Positions 17,556 to 25,871 of a stretch of DNA of 26,296 nucleotides are shown piece after piece. The notes under the pieces are model-generated. The model searched no databases. It was given only the letters and a program-made list of their open reading frames with translations, and was not told the origin of the DNA. The position numbers were made by a program, and so were the translations under genes. The stretch lies in IMG/VR virus record IMGVR_UViG_3300009602_000075, positions 1 through 26,296 of that record; one strand, written 5' to 3'. The DNA is from a virus (Duplodnaviria > Caudoviricetes). The number at the start of each line of letters is the position of its first letter. Within the stretch, counting starts at the first letter, position 1.

Positions 17556-18898
17556 TGGCTACTACAACAAATAAAGCTTGGCAAAAAGATTCCGATACAA
17601 CTGCTATCGATCAAGATGCCTTCATCAACGCATTTCTAGATGATCTTGATTCATCACTGTTTGGTATTGGTGCAAATAGCGCCAAGCCGGGATCTCCAGA
17701 CGAAGGCGATACGTTCTATGACACGGATGCGAGTCGGTTTATTAAATATAATGGCTCTGCGTGGGTTCAACTCATGCCCGATGTTGCGAACGCTATCGAC
17801 AGTGATCATTATGTAGACGGTTCGATAGACACCGTTCACTTATCCGCAGATGCCGTTACCGGAGCTAAGATAGCGGACGACGCAATTGACTCTGAGCATT
17901 ACACTGACGCCTCAATTGATGCGGCTCATATTGCATCGAGCGCTGTCACCACAGCTAAGGTTAACGCAGACGCTATCACGGGGGCCAAGATCGCTGATGA
18001 TGCGATTGATTCTGAGCATTATACTGACGGAAGCATAGATGCAGTGCATCTAGCCGGGGACGTTATCTCGGGATCTAAAATCGCAGATGACGCAATTGAT
18101 AGCGAACACTACACGGACGGATCGATTGATGCGGCACATCTCGCTGGGGACGTTATATCAGCTTCTAAAATTGCGGACGATGCGATTGATTCTGAGCATT
18201 ACGCCGATGGTAGCATTGATAATGCTCATATCGCAGATGACGCAATTGATAGCGAGCATTATGCTGACGGAAGCATTGATAATGCCCATATCGCTGATGA
18301 TGCGATTGATAGCGAACATTATGCCGATGGCAGTATTGATTCGGCCCATTTAGCCGATAATGCCGTAACGCTAGCGAAGACGGCTCACGGTACACAAGGG
18401 GGCATCCAGTACTATGCGGGGTCAGGCGTGCCGTCTGAACTTGCCGCCGGAACGTCTGGCTACTTCCTCAAGACGCAGGGTACGTCAGCCAACCCGGTAT
18501 GGGCTTCAGTTGCCGCAGGGCCATCACAGGCTGATCAGGCCGCGCTAGAGGGCGAGACCAATGAAGACACTTACGCCCCGCCGGATTTGATTAAACACTC
18601 ACCGGGCGTAGCGAAATTCTACGGAAAAAGTAATTATGCCGCAACCGTTCAAGGCACGGCCTATAATTTAACCAGCACCACGGATGGCGGTACGGGTCTC
18701 ATCACGTTCACCATCGCCACTGACTTCTCTAGCGCGAATTGGGTGGTATCAGGAATTACAGGCACTGGATATACACGCACGGTTAATACTACGGCGGGGG
18801 GCGTTGCCGCAGGAGCAGTTGATTTCCGAGTAACGGATAATAATGGAACGTTGAGTGATGGGGACTACTTTTACTGCGTGGGACATGGAGATCAGTAA
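17555..18898 (+). CDS. tail fibre protein
   Basis: N-terminal GDTFYDT..YNGSAW motif, 20 decapeptide repeats, GTSGYFLKTQG..ANPVW linker, and a C-terminal AKFY...YNLTS.TD.GTG domain common in phage fibres. Confidence 0.8.
   Translation: MATTTNKAWQKDSDTTAIDQDAFINAFLDDLDSSLFGIGANSAKPGSPDEGDTFYDTDASRFIKYNGSAWVQLMPDVANAIDSDHYVDGSIDTVHLSADAVTGAKIADDAIDSEHYTDASIDAAHIASSAVTTAKVNADAITGAKIADDAIDSEHYTDGSIDAVHLAGDVISGSKIADDAIDSEHYTDGSIDAAHLAGDVISASKIADDAIDSEHYADGSIDNAHIADDAIDSEHYADGSIDNAHIADDAIDSEHYADGSIDSAHLADNAVTLAKTAHGTQGGIQYYAGSGVPSELAAGTSGYFLKTQGTSANPVWASVAAGPSQADQAALEGETNEDTYAPPDLIKHSPGVAKFYGKSNYAATVQGTAYNLTSTTDGGTGLITFTIATDFSSANWVVSGITGTGYTRTVNTTAGGVAAGAVDFRVTDNNGTLSDGDYFYCVGHGDQ
17786..18385 (+). 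repeat. 20 in-frame 30-nt (decapeptide) repeat units in the tail fibre
   Basis: Unit types: xxAIDS(E/D)HYx (7 copies), D(G/A)SIDxxH(L/I)x (7) and xx(A/V)(V/I)(T/S)xxKxx (6). Confidence 0.9.
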
Positions 18899-19380
18899 TG
18901 CCAGATAAGCGTATTGTTTTTATCAACCCAGACACTAATATACTTAATGTTGTTAGTCCGGTGTATCAGAGCATTGAGCAGGGATTTTATGCAGATGAAG
19001 AAGAGCTTCTTGACACCTGTGTAGAGCGGAATGTTCCAGCGGGTGTCGCATATCGTATTATCGAAGCAAACGAGATCCCCACACATCGACTATTCCGTAA
19101 CGCATGGTCAGATGATGGGAATGATGTTGTTGTTGATATGGCTGAAGCCCGTGGCATTCATATGGATGACATTCGTATTGACCGTGACAAGGCATTGTTA
19201 GAATTAGACATCACGTTTATGCGAGCCGTCGAGGACGGTGACACCGACGAACAGGACGCCGCAAGTACGGCAAAGCAAGCGCTGCGTGACATACCAGAAA
19301 CTTTTGACCTCTCCTCTGCCTCGACACCCGAACAACTAACAGTTCTCTGGCCTGAAGATTTAGACCGATCCGATAATTAA
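18898..19380 (+). CDS. tail fibre assembly/chaperone-like protein
   Basis: VPAGV.YRII...IP..R.FRNAW and IR..RD..L.ELD...KQALRDIP...WP motifs typical of fibre-associated chaperones; TAATG-coupled to the fibre gene. Confidence 0.7.
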   Translation: MPDKRIVFINPDTNILNVVSPVYQSIEQGFYADEEELLDTCVERNVPAGVAYRIIEANEIPTHRLFRNAWSDDGNDVVVDMAEARGIHMDDIRIDRDKALLELDITFMRAVEDGDTDEQDAASTAKQALRDIPETFDLSSASTPEQLTVLWPEDLDRSDN

Positions 19381-19382
19381 TT

Positions 19383-19613
19383 GTGAACGGTAACGAACGA
19401 ACGGAGATTATTGCGCTCACTAAGCAATTAGCGGAATTTCAAGTCGCTGTAACCAAGATAATTGTTCCGAGGGAGGAAATAGATCGAAGAGAATCCAATT
19501 TACGTGATAGAATATCATCAAGCGAAAACCGTGCCATGCGGTGGGCCGTCAGTTTGGGAGTCCTTAACTTAGGCGGATGGGCATCCTTAGCATGGATGTT
19601 AGCCTCACAATAA
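19383..19613 (+). CDS. small coiled-coil protein with C-terminal membrane anchor (holin/XhlA-like)
   Basis: GTG start, charged helix, then hydrophobic WAVSLGVLNLGGWASLAWML. Confidence 0.55.
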   Translation: MNGNERTEIIALTKQLAEFQVAVTKIIVPREEIDRRESNLRDRISSSENRAMRWAVSLGVLNLGGWASLAWMLASQ

Positions 19614-19630
19614 TATACAAAGGAGGTCAT

Positions 19631-19852
19631 ATGCGAGAATGTACATGTGGCAGTGCAGCAGCCCGTAAAAATAATGTATTACTTAAGCGATGGTTTAAGG
19701 GAGCCTTTGCGTCAGCGCTTGTTGCCGCAATCCCGGCCATCCAGATCGCTTTGGAGTCGGCAGACTTTAGCAACCTCGTCGGGCCGAGCGTGTCGGCTCT
19801 CATTGTGGGAATTTTACTGGCAGCGGATAAGGCGTTCCGCTGGAGACAATAA
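19631..19852 (+). CDS. putative holin (2 TM segments)
   Basis: aggagg at 19621-19626 points to ATG 19631; two hydrophobic stretches and a basic C-terminus. Confidence 0.6.
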   Translation: MRECTCGSAAARKNNVLLKRWFKGAFASALVAAIPAIQIALESADFSNLVGPSVSALIVGILLAADKAFRWRQ

Positions 19853-20533
19853 GTGTCGTTCCGCATTGCGGTTGTATCGGACACACATCTAGGATCTAAG
19901 TTCCAGCAACTCAGCGCACTCCGTAAGTTCTTACGGTTCGCTAAACGCGAAGGTGCCGAGGAGATATTACACGTCGGTGACCTTTTTGAAGGGCGTATGA
20001 GCCACAGAGGGTCAGAATTTTTACGGTTCTTGGATTCTGCGGATGAAATGGTCGATTATGCTGTAGCCAAGTATCCCGACACTGGACTGAAGACTTCAAT
20101 CATTACCGGGAACCATGACATCTCTCTCATGAAAGAGAGTGGATACAATCCGGTTCGAGCAGTTTGTAAGCAGCGTGATGACTTTAAATTCATGGGCAAT
20201 GACGAAGCGTTCGTCTCCATCCACGGAGTAAAGATTCGTCTATACCATCCGGGTGGAAGTCCGGGGCTTGCTAAAAGCTATCGGGCACAACAAGAGATCT
20301 GGAGGAACGAAATTACCCCTGACATCTTGCTTGTCGGACACTTTCACTTCTTCAACTCGGTGTATGAGAAAGGAGTCACCGGCGTTAACGCTGCGTGTTT
20401 CCAATCTCAGACACCGTATGAAAAGGGGAAGAACCTCCATCCAAACGTAGGTGGCGTGTTGTTAGACATACACAACAACAAGCGTGTAGGCGTTACTTAC
20501 GTCCCGTACGATCCTTTGAATTCGGACTGGTAG
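19853..20533 (+). CDS. calcineurin-like metallophosphoesterase
   Basis: All five motifs are present: SDTH, GDLFEG, GNHD, YHP, GHFH. Confidence 0.9.
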   Translation: MSFRIAVVSDTHLGSKFQQLSALRKFLRFAKREGAEEILHVGDLFEGRMSHRGSEFLRFLDSADEMVDYAVAKYPDTGLKTSIITGNHDISLMKESGYNPVRAVCKQRDDFKFMGNDEAFVSIHGVKIRLYHPGGSPGLAKSYRAQQEIWRNEITPDILLVGHFHFFNSVYEKGVTGVNAACFQSQTPYEKGKNLHPNVGGVLLDIHNNKRVGVTYVPYDPLNSDW

Positions 20534-21157
20534 TTAAGCTACGGAGAAGTTTTCCCATGCAGCCTCTTGTGCCGAATAACTCGCGACTTGCATAACAATT
20601 CGCGCATTGCCCGGTTTGCCTAAGCTAACAGGTTCTCCCAGTTCGAACATCTTAAGGAACTCATCCGCTTCATCACGATCCTTGAAATTGACGACAATCT
20701 CTTTTGTGGTTACCGTGTGCGTTGATGCGGATTTACTGGGTACGATCTCAGGTTCGATAGGTTCCGGGTCTTGTGGGAGCGTAATTCCATCTGTCACAGG
20801 CACTGGAAGCTTTAATGCGCCTTCAGTATCTGGTTCATACGGAAGCTCTGATCCTGCGCGACGTTTTCTAGCCTGTGCTTCCTTTAACCAATCACTAATA
20901 TGAATGGAATCCTCTGGTGTCCACTCGGCATCGATCTCAAAATTTCGTCCGGCCTCAGCCAATAAACTTACTGCGAGTGTTGGAGTGAATCCATGCGACA
21001 TAGCGATCTCAGAGAACATCGTAAGAACTTTCGTTTCTGAGGATTCCATAGCCTGTTCCTCAGTCATACCTTTTACCTGTGCAGCAAATTCTTCCGCAGT
21101 TACTTGCGTATCACCGCCACCACGCAATTCAGCGATAAGGTCACTCTCATTAATCAT
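20534..21157 (-). CDS. hypothetical acidic protein
   Basis: 207 aa, SD aggagg, overlaps the VRR-NUC stop; no family recognised. Confidence 0.7.
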   Translation of the reverse strand: MINESDLIAELRGGGDTQVTAEEFAAQVKGMTEEQAMESSETKVLTMFSEIAMSHGFTPTLAVSLLAEAGRNFEIDAEWTPEDSIHISDWLKEAQARKRRAGSELPYEPDTEGALKLPVPVTDGITLPQDPEPIEPEIVPSKSASTHTVTTKEIVVNFKDRDEADEFLKMFELGEPVSLGKPGNARIVMQVASYSAQEAAWENFSVA

Positions 21158-21461
21158 GTTGCCTCCTGTTAGTTAAGGCTGTGTGTACAATCGCTACAGC
21201 ATCTTTAGGGTTATCGACAACACGAGCGACACCTGCGCCGCTATCGTTGAGTTCCTTTAGTGTGTAGTCTTGAATCTTTGTTGTCTTTCCTGTTGATGTT
21301 TTTACTTCGAACGCGAAAAAAAGTCCCTCACAGCCGCCCAAAATATCCGGTATTCCGGCTCGTGTGATAGCAGACCCATGATACTTAACCCACCATCCAC
21401 CCACCTCCGATTGGAGGTGGCGGATAATGGATTGTTGGAGACGAGTCTCTGGATTAGACAC
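21150..21461 (-). CDS. VRR-NUC domain nuclease
   Basis: PE..LQ..I...L, GIPDI, FAFEVKT..GK.TKIQ. Start set to GTG 21461, which overlaps the upstream stop. Confidence 0.85.
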   Translation of the reverse strand: MSNPETRLQQSIIRHLQSEVGGWWVKYHGSAITRAGIPDILGGCEGLFFAFEVKTSTGKTTKIQDYTLKELNDSGAGVARVVDNPKDAVAIVHTALTNRRQHD

Positions 21462-21954
21462 CCAGTGACGAGAACTCTTCAATAAGCTCTTCTGTCTTAC
21501 CCCACGGGCGGTGATCGACGAAGCGCTTAATCTTAGACTCTAACTGTCCCTTGACAGTCTCACCCTGACGGTTCACCCAGTCACGACCAACTTCTGCTGT
21601 CAGTACAGCCCCAACGTGCTTTCCATTTGCGGAAGACCACGGAACGGCTACCTGTTGTCCTTCAGGGTATTCCATACCATTGAGCGCTTCAGCGAAACTA
21701 CGTTGGAACCAGTACGATGCTTCAGAATCTACGAACGCCGAAGTAAGCTGCGTTCCGACATGCTCTTCAGCGCCTACCGGACCATCGACAATCTCGAACG
21801 TGGCAATTACGCCTTCATTGCCCGAGTTAAACTTGCGCTCCTCTGAATCAATAATTTCCAACTGGTAGTTCCCATCAGGAACGATAGGTCTGCTGAATCC
21901 AGATGACCCACGCTGGCTATCCTTAGACTGAAAACTACGATCACTTGCTGGCAC
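21454..21954 (-). CDS. DUF669-like single-stranded DNA-binding protein
   Basis: VPDGNY.LEI..SE....SGN.....FEIVDGP pattern, adjacent to the Sak4-like ATPase; GGAGG precedes GTG 21954. Confidence 0.65.
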   Translation of the reverse strand: MPASDRSFQSKDSQRGSSGFSRPIVPDGNYQLEIIDSEERKFNSGNEGVIATFEIVDGPVGAEEHVGTQLTSAFVDSEASYWFQRSFAEALNGMEYPEGQQVAVPWSSANGKHVGAVLTAEVGRDWVNRQGETVKGQLESKIKRFVDHRPWGKTEELIEEFSSLGV

Positions 21955-22726
21955 GAGTGCCCTCCAATGCTTGGACGATCTTCGTCCATGTGGGGTCATC
22001 CATCCTTGCGGGAAGACGACCTGATCTATCTTTTGCGGTGATGACGGGCTTCTCTTGGAAGTCCAATCGCCGCTCCCAACCTCCGCCCTCAGCTTTCACA
22101 AGCGTCAAGCGGCCTATAACAGACGTGATTCGGTTAATCCCACGCCATACAGAGTTCACAAATTCTGGTCTGACCTCTGAAATCGTCTTCTGTGACCAGT
22201 TTTCTCCGACACCCTGATAGTCGATATGCTCATGTGCAGTGACAATGAGTGTCACGTCACGCTTTTTCAACTCTTGAAAATGCCTAACCATCATATCACG
22301 TACAACCTTATAATGGTTGCCAAAATCCTCATGGGCACCCAATTTCACGAGTGCCTCTCCAGCAAGCATCTCCTGTAGGGTGGACCCTGTATCGTACGCA
22401 ATGACATCATAGTTCTCAGCGTTTCCAGCTTCGAGCCACTCAGACAATCCATACCACTCTTCGAGTGTGTTGAGTCTAACGGTGTCGATAGGTAGCTGGT
22501 CAAGAGTTTCCGCACCGCCGAAATCACAATCAATCAATAGTACTTTCTTACCTGCGCTATGTACGGTTCCAATTAAATGTGTTTTACCCGCGCCCGGTTG
22601 TGAGTACACGACGAATAGCCGATGATACGATTGACTATTAGCCTTAGTAATTGTCGGGGCTTCTCCTCGTGGTGCTCCCGGAGTTTCCGGCGTAGCAGCC
22701 TCGACTTCACTCTGTGGGACTGGCAT
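21941..22726 (-). CDS. AAA_24 / Sak4-like ATPase (recombinase)
   Basis: Walker A VYSQPGAGKT, LLIDCD, Walker B VIAYDT, LIVTAHE, AKDRSG; SD aaggagg. Confidence 0.8.
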   Translation of the reverse strand: MPVPQSEVEAATPETPGAPRGEAPTITKANSQSYHRLFVVYSQPGAGKTHLIGTVHSAGKKVLLIDCDFGGAETLDQLPIDTVRLNTLEEWYGLSEWLEAGNAENYDVIAYDTGSTLQEMLAGEALVKLGAHEDFGNHYKVVRDMMVRHFQELKKRDVTLIVTAHEHIDYQGVGENWSQKTISEVRPEFVNSVWRGINRITSVIGRLTLVKAEGGGWERRLDFQEKPVITAKDRSGRLPARMDDPTWTKIVQALEGTRASK

Positions 22727-22919
22727 CTGCCCTCCTTATATACTTAACGAGATTTGCTTGTATGGTAAATACAGGCACACCATCGTTGAACACTTCTACA
22801 AACGTTGCGTCACCGTACTCGTTGATCACACATCGTTGACCCTCGATTTCAAACGGCTCGCTTTCTTCTACACCATAGACCCTATATGTGTGTGTCTCCC
22901 CCTCATTAGGCTGGCGCAT
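22707..22919 (-). CDS. small hypothetical protein
   Basis: 70-aa ORF overlapping both neighbours in the operon. Confidence 0.6.
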   Translation of the reverse strand: MRQPNEGETHTYRVYGVEESEPFEIEGQRCVINEYGDATFVEVFNDGVPVFTIQANLVKYIRRADASPTE

Positions 22920-23994
22920 GGTAACGATCCCAATAGTCGCTTTTCTCGAATTGTCGTAGTTCCTCTTTAACTAGATCTTCATCTCCCTGTAACTCAGCCC
23001 CACAGATACCCTTGAATTGACATGAGGGGCAGGTAAATGGTCCCACAGATCGCGGGAAAACATTTGCTTTAGTCGCGGCATTGATGAACGAATTTGTAGC
23101 CCTGATATCTCGTAACGCCGTCTGAATAATATTCGGTGTCATACGGATGACGCGCCTGCGAAAAAATGGACTGGGCTTCAAATTTAAGTCCGTAATCTGC
23201 CTATCATATTCAGATAGGTTTATTGTTGGATGTTCCCATGATGCCTTTTCAACCGCATCGATGTATTCAAAGACTGTGGTCTCAATAGCACGACTCGATA
23301 TGCGCGGTCCTTTGCCATCAGCATATGTGCCGTCTGATCTTGGCTTATCTTTCAACCCAACGACTGAAGGAGTAGTTGGAGCTTTCGTTAAGATATAGTC
23401 AAAGACTACCTGCTCAATCTGTTCTATGTTCTGACGGTTCCACAACCCCGCATAGAACGCAAGCTGCGGATCATTGAGTTGAACACTATCGTCAGGGATG
23501 CGTCCGGTTGTTTTGCGGTCTATTAATGTTAGACCCTCACCAAAGCGTTCATCACGAACGAGAAGGTCCATAATACCAACGTGTCGCCGACCATCGATTT
23601 CAACGTCCAACTTATGTTCAACACCCTCTACTTCCCAGTTATCGTCTTGATATTGGAAACGATAGGATCGAACGATACGGCGGAGATCATCGGGAAGTGG
23701 TGGGAGAACCCTGTCTCCTTTCCCACGGTTCTGGTAAATCGCACGCTGGTCGGCTGTTAATGCGTTCCAGCGCTCCTCGACAAGTGATAGTGCCTTTTCA
23801 TCTCCCATGCTCTCTGCGTTCTCAAAGAACTTATGGGCTTCAATACCCATACGAAGCGGCGCGGTGAGATGCACAGGTCGAAGGTTATCAACGTAACCAA
23901 ATCGATACGCGAGATTACACCGTTGGAACGCCCGTGTAGGTGAAATTGCAATGGGACGAACCACTGGATTGTCAATCATAAAGCTGCCCTCCAT
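22906..23994 (-). CDS. PD-(D/E)XK exonuclease, Cas4/AddB-like with four-Cys Fe-S site
   Basis: FQRC, G..AH, VEH, GIMDLL, IDRKTT, QLAFY and C-terminal CPSCQFKGIC. Start is ATG 23994 or 23979. Confidence 0.85.
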   Translation of the reverse strand: MEGSFMIDNPVVRPIAISPTRAFQRCNLAYRFGYVDNLRPVHLTAPLRMGIEAHKFFENAESMGDEKALSLVEERWNALTADQRAIYQNRGKGDRVLPPLPDDLRRIVRSYRFQYQDDNWEVEGVEHKLDVEIDGRRHVGIMDLLVRDERFGEGLTLIDRKTTGRIPDDSVQLNDPQLAFYAGLWNRQNIEQIEQVVFDYILTKAPTTPSVVGLKDKPRSDGTYADGKGPRISSRAIETTVFEYIDAVEKASWEHPTINLSEYDRQITDLNLKPSPFFRRRVIRMTPNIIQTALRDIRATNSFINAATKANVFPRSVGPFTCPSCQFKGICGAELQGDEDLVKEELRQFEKSDYWDRYHAPA

Positions 23995-24001
23995 AAGACT
24001 A

Positions 24002-24012
24002 ATTATACCACA
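24002..24012 (-). promoter_or_regulatory. consensus extended -10 promoter TGTGGTATAAT
   Basis: The reverse complement of attataccaca is a perfect TRTGnTATAAT, in the 18-nt gap upstream of the exonuclease. Confidence 0.7.
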
Positions 24013-24189
24013 CTATTCTTTGGTTGATTCTTCTTCTTCGTCGTACCCGCACTCTAAACAGTACAGCCAGTCGACGTCTCGTTCCATGTAAGACTCGCAG
24101 TCCGGGCAACGGACACCCGTGAAAGTTCCAACACTCTCGTCTGCAAATGCTTTTTCTCTGGCGTTGGCGAATCCGTCCATATTACTCAT
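24013..24189 (-). CDS. small Zn-ribbon protein
   Basis: RCPDC...YCLECG. ATG 24189 overlaps the polymerase stop (ATGA) and has aggag upstream. Confidence 0.7.
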   Translation of the reverse strand: MSNMDGFANAREKAFADESVGTFTGVRCPDCESYMERDVDWLYCLECGYDEEEESTKE

Positions 24190-25871
24190 GTCCAGTGATC
24201 TCCTATTGTCCATTCTGCCTCAAGAGGAATGGGCGCTGAAAAACCGAAATGTAGATCCAAAACCGATAATGCATCATCCATTAATGTAGCTACAATATCC
24301 TCTCCTGTTCCGATTGGTTGTTCCCATATAACCGAGTCATGAACCGATGCTACGACGTGGACATCGTTATAATCTTGCAATGCTACCAGTGCTGCGTGTG
24401 TAATGTCAGCAGCCGGGGATTGAACAAGAAAATTAATCCCCTGTCGTATGGTGTGGTACACAATCTTTGAATCGTTCGAATCAACGTCTTCTAAGTGTCG
24501 CGTTCGTCCGAATATCGTGGTGAGAGATTGGTCGTGTCGGACACGATACTCAGTACGCTCATGCCATTCTCTAAGCCCGGGGTAGGCGTTAAAATAAGAG
24601 TTTCGGGCGGCGTAGGCATCGTCGATTGAGAAGACCGTTCCGTATTCTTTGAAAGCATGTTGGGCAAACTTAGTTGCTCCCATACCATACAGGAATCCAA
24701 AGTTGATGGCTTTAGCTCGTTGTCGTTCTTCATTGGTAACCTTTCCTCCCACAATAGTTTCGGCGGTAGCGGCATGAATATCCACACCGTCGCGAAAGAG
24801 TTGGCACATGTGTTGATCAGGAGCGATGATTGCTGCAACCCGAAGTTCAACTTGTGAAGCATCCCATGAAACCATCTCATGGCCCTCACGTGGCGTGAAC
24901 ACACGTTTCATCTTGTGTTCGGGATCACGTGGGACTTGTTGCATGTTGGGATTTTTAGCTGAGTGTCGCCCCGTGTCAGTTAATGGAAAATAGCTTGCAT
25001 GGATACGGCCATCTGGCATCACGTAGTCAGGCCACTTGGTAGTGTATTTTACGATCAGCGAACGAATATCTTTCCACTTCCGGTACTGGTCAACCAGCGG
25101 GTATTGATTGCGGAGATGCAGGGTCGCATCTTCACTCACCGACAGTTTTCCTGTCTTTGTTCGTTCGGTTAGTGGCACACCGGCTTCAACCAACCACTTC
25201 GCGACTTGTTGGGGCGAGTTGAGATTAACGCCGGGTGCGTAGGGCTTGTAAGCGGTTTCTAGCTCCAACAGATACTCATGCAATTCAGTATTGACACGAT
25301 GATCAAAGCCAATACCATTATACTCCATATCCCCTACTGCCTTACTAAATTCCATGATGAATTTGAAGTAGGATTCATTGGCACGGTACTGCCAAAGCTC
25401 ATAGAGGGCATAGGTGTATGTACAGTCTAATGCACAGTATTCAGAGTAGGATTCCCATGGCTCATTCACGTAATCAATATCTTCTCCATATGCTGGAGCA
25501 TCAAATAGTAACTGTGCGAGCGCCTCTAACCCTGTCGGTTGACCTTCATCAACATAGTGAGCAAGGAGCATGGTATCGACAATGAAATGCCCTTCAAACC
25601 CGTATGCCTTACGGAGCCAATTGCGTTCAAACTTTGCGTTATGCGCGATTAGCGATTTAGATTCAAGGATCTTCAATAAGGGCTTGATATATGGATCTTT
25701 AAAAACATGAGCTTCGGTATCAGATAAGGCTACACCGATCATGAGAATACGTGCGCCCTGTGCATATGGATCAACCTGTCCGGGTGTTTCAATATCAATC
25801 ACTACAGGACCATTGTGATGCAGAATGCGCTCTAAATTGAATAGCTGAGTTCGTGCAATTTCATTACTCAT
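24186..25871 (-). CDS. polA: family A DNA polymerase with 3'-5' exonuclease, no 5'-3' nuclease domain
   Basis: ExoI DIET, ExoII HNAKFE, ExoIII YCALD, motif A DASQVELR, motif B RQRAKAINFGFLYG, motif C VHDS. Confidence 0.95.
   Translation of the reverse strand: MSNEIARTQLFNLERILHHNGPVVIDIETPGQVDPYAQGARILMIGVALSDTEAHVFKDPYIKPLLKILESKSLIAHNAKFERNWLRKAYGFEGHFIVDTMLLAHYVDEGQPTGLEALAQLLFDAPAYGEDIDYVNEPWESYSEYCALDCTYTYALYELWQYRANESYFKFIMEFSKAVGDMEYNGIGFDHRVNTELHEYLLELETAYKPYAPGVNLNSPQQVAKWLVEAGVPLTERTKTGKLSVSEDATLHLRNQYPLVDQYRKWKDIRSLIVKYTTKWPDYVMPDGRIHASYFPLTDTGRHSAKNPNMQQVPRDPEHKMKRVFTPREGHEMVSWDASQVELRVAAIIAPDQHMCQLFRDGVDIHAATAETIVGGKVTNEERQRAKAINFGFLYGMGATKFAQHAFKEYGTVFSIDDAYAARNSYFNAYPGLREWHERTEYRVRHDQSLTTIFGRTRHLEDVDSNDSKIVYHTIRQGINFLVQSPAADITHAALVALQDYNDVHVVASVHDSVIWEQPIGTGEDIVATLMDDALSVLDLHFGFSAPIPLEAEWTIGDHWT

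Noticed and set aside
17786-18385. Regularly spaced repeats resembling a CRISPR array or DGR template/variable repeats
   Set aside because: The repeats are in-frame protein repeats differing mainly at synonymous sites. There are no unique spacers, no adenine-specific variation, and no reverse transcriptase or cas operon.
11993-23992. GGAGGGC recurring upstream of four genes (GT, SSB, AAA ATPase, exonuclease) as an operator
   Set aside because: Adequately explained as Shine-Dalgarno sequences; the extra shared bases are too few.
22906-23994. Cas4-like protein as evidence of a CRISPR-Cas system
   Set aside because: A solo PD-(D/E)XK exonuclease in a standard phage recombination/replication module; no array or other cas genes.
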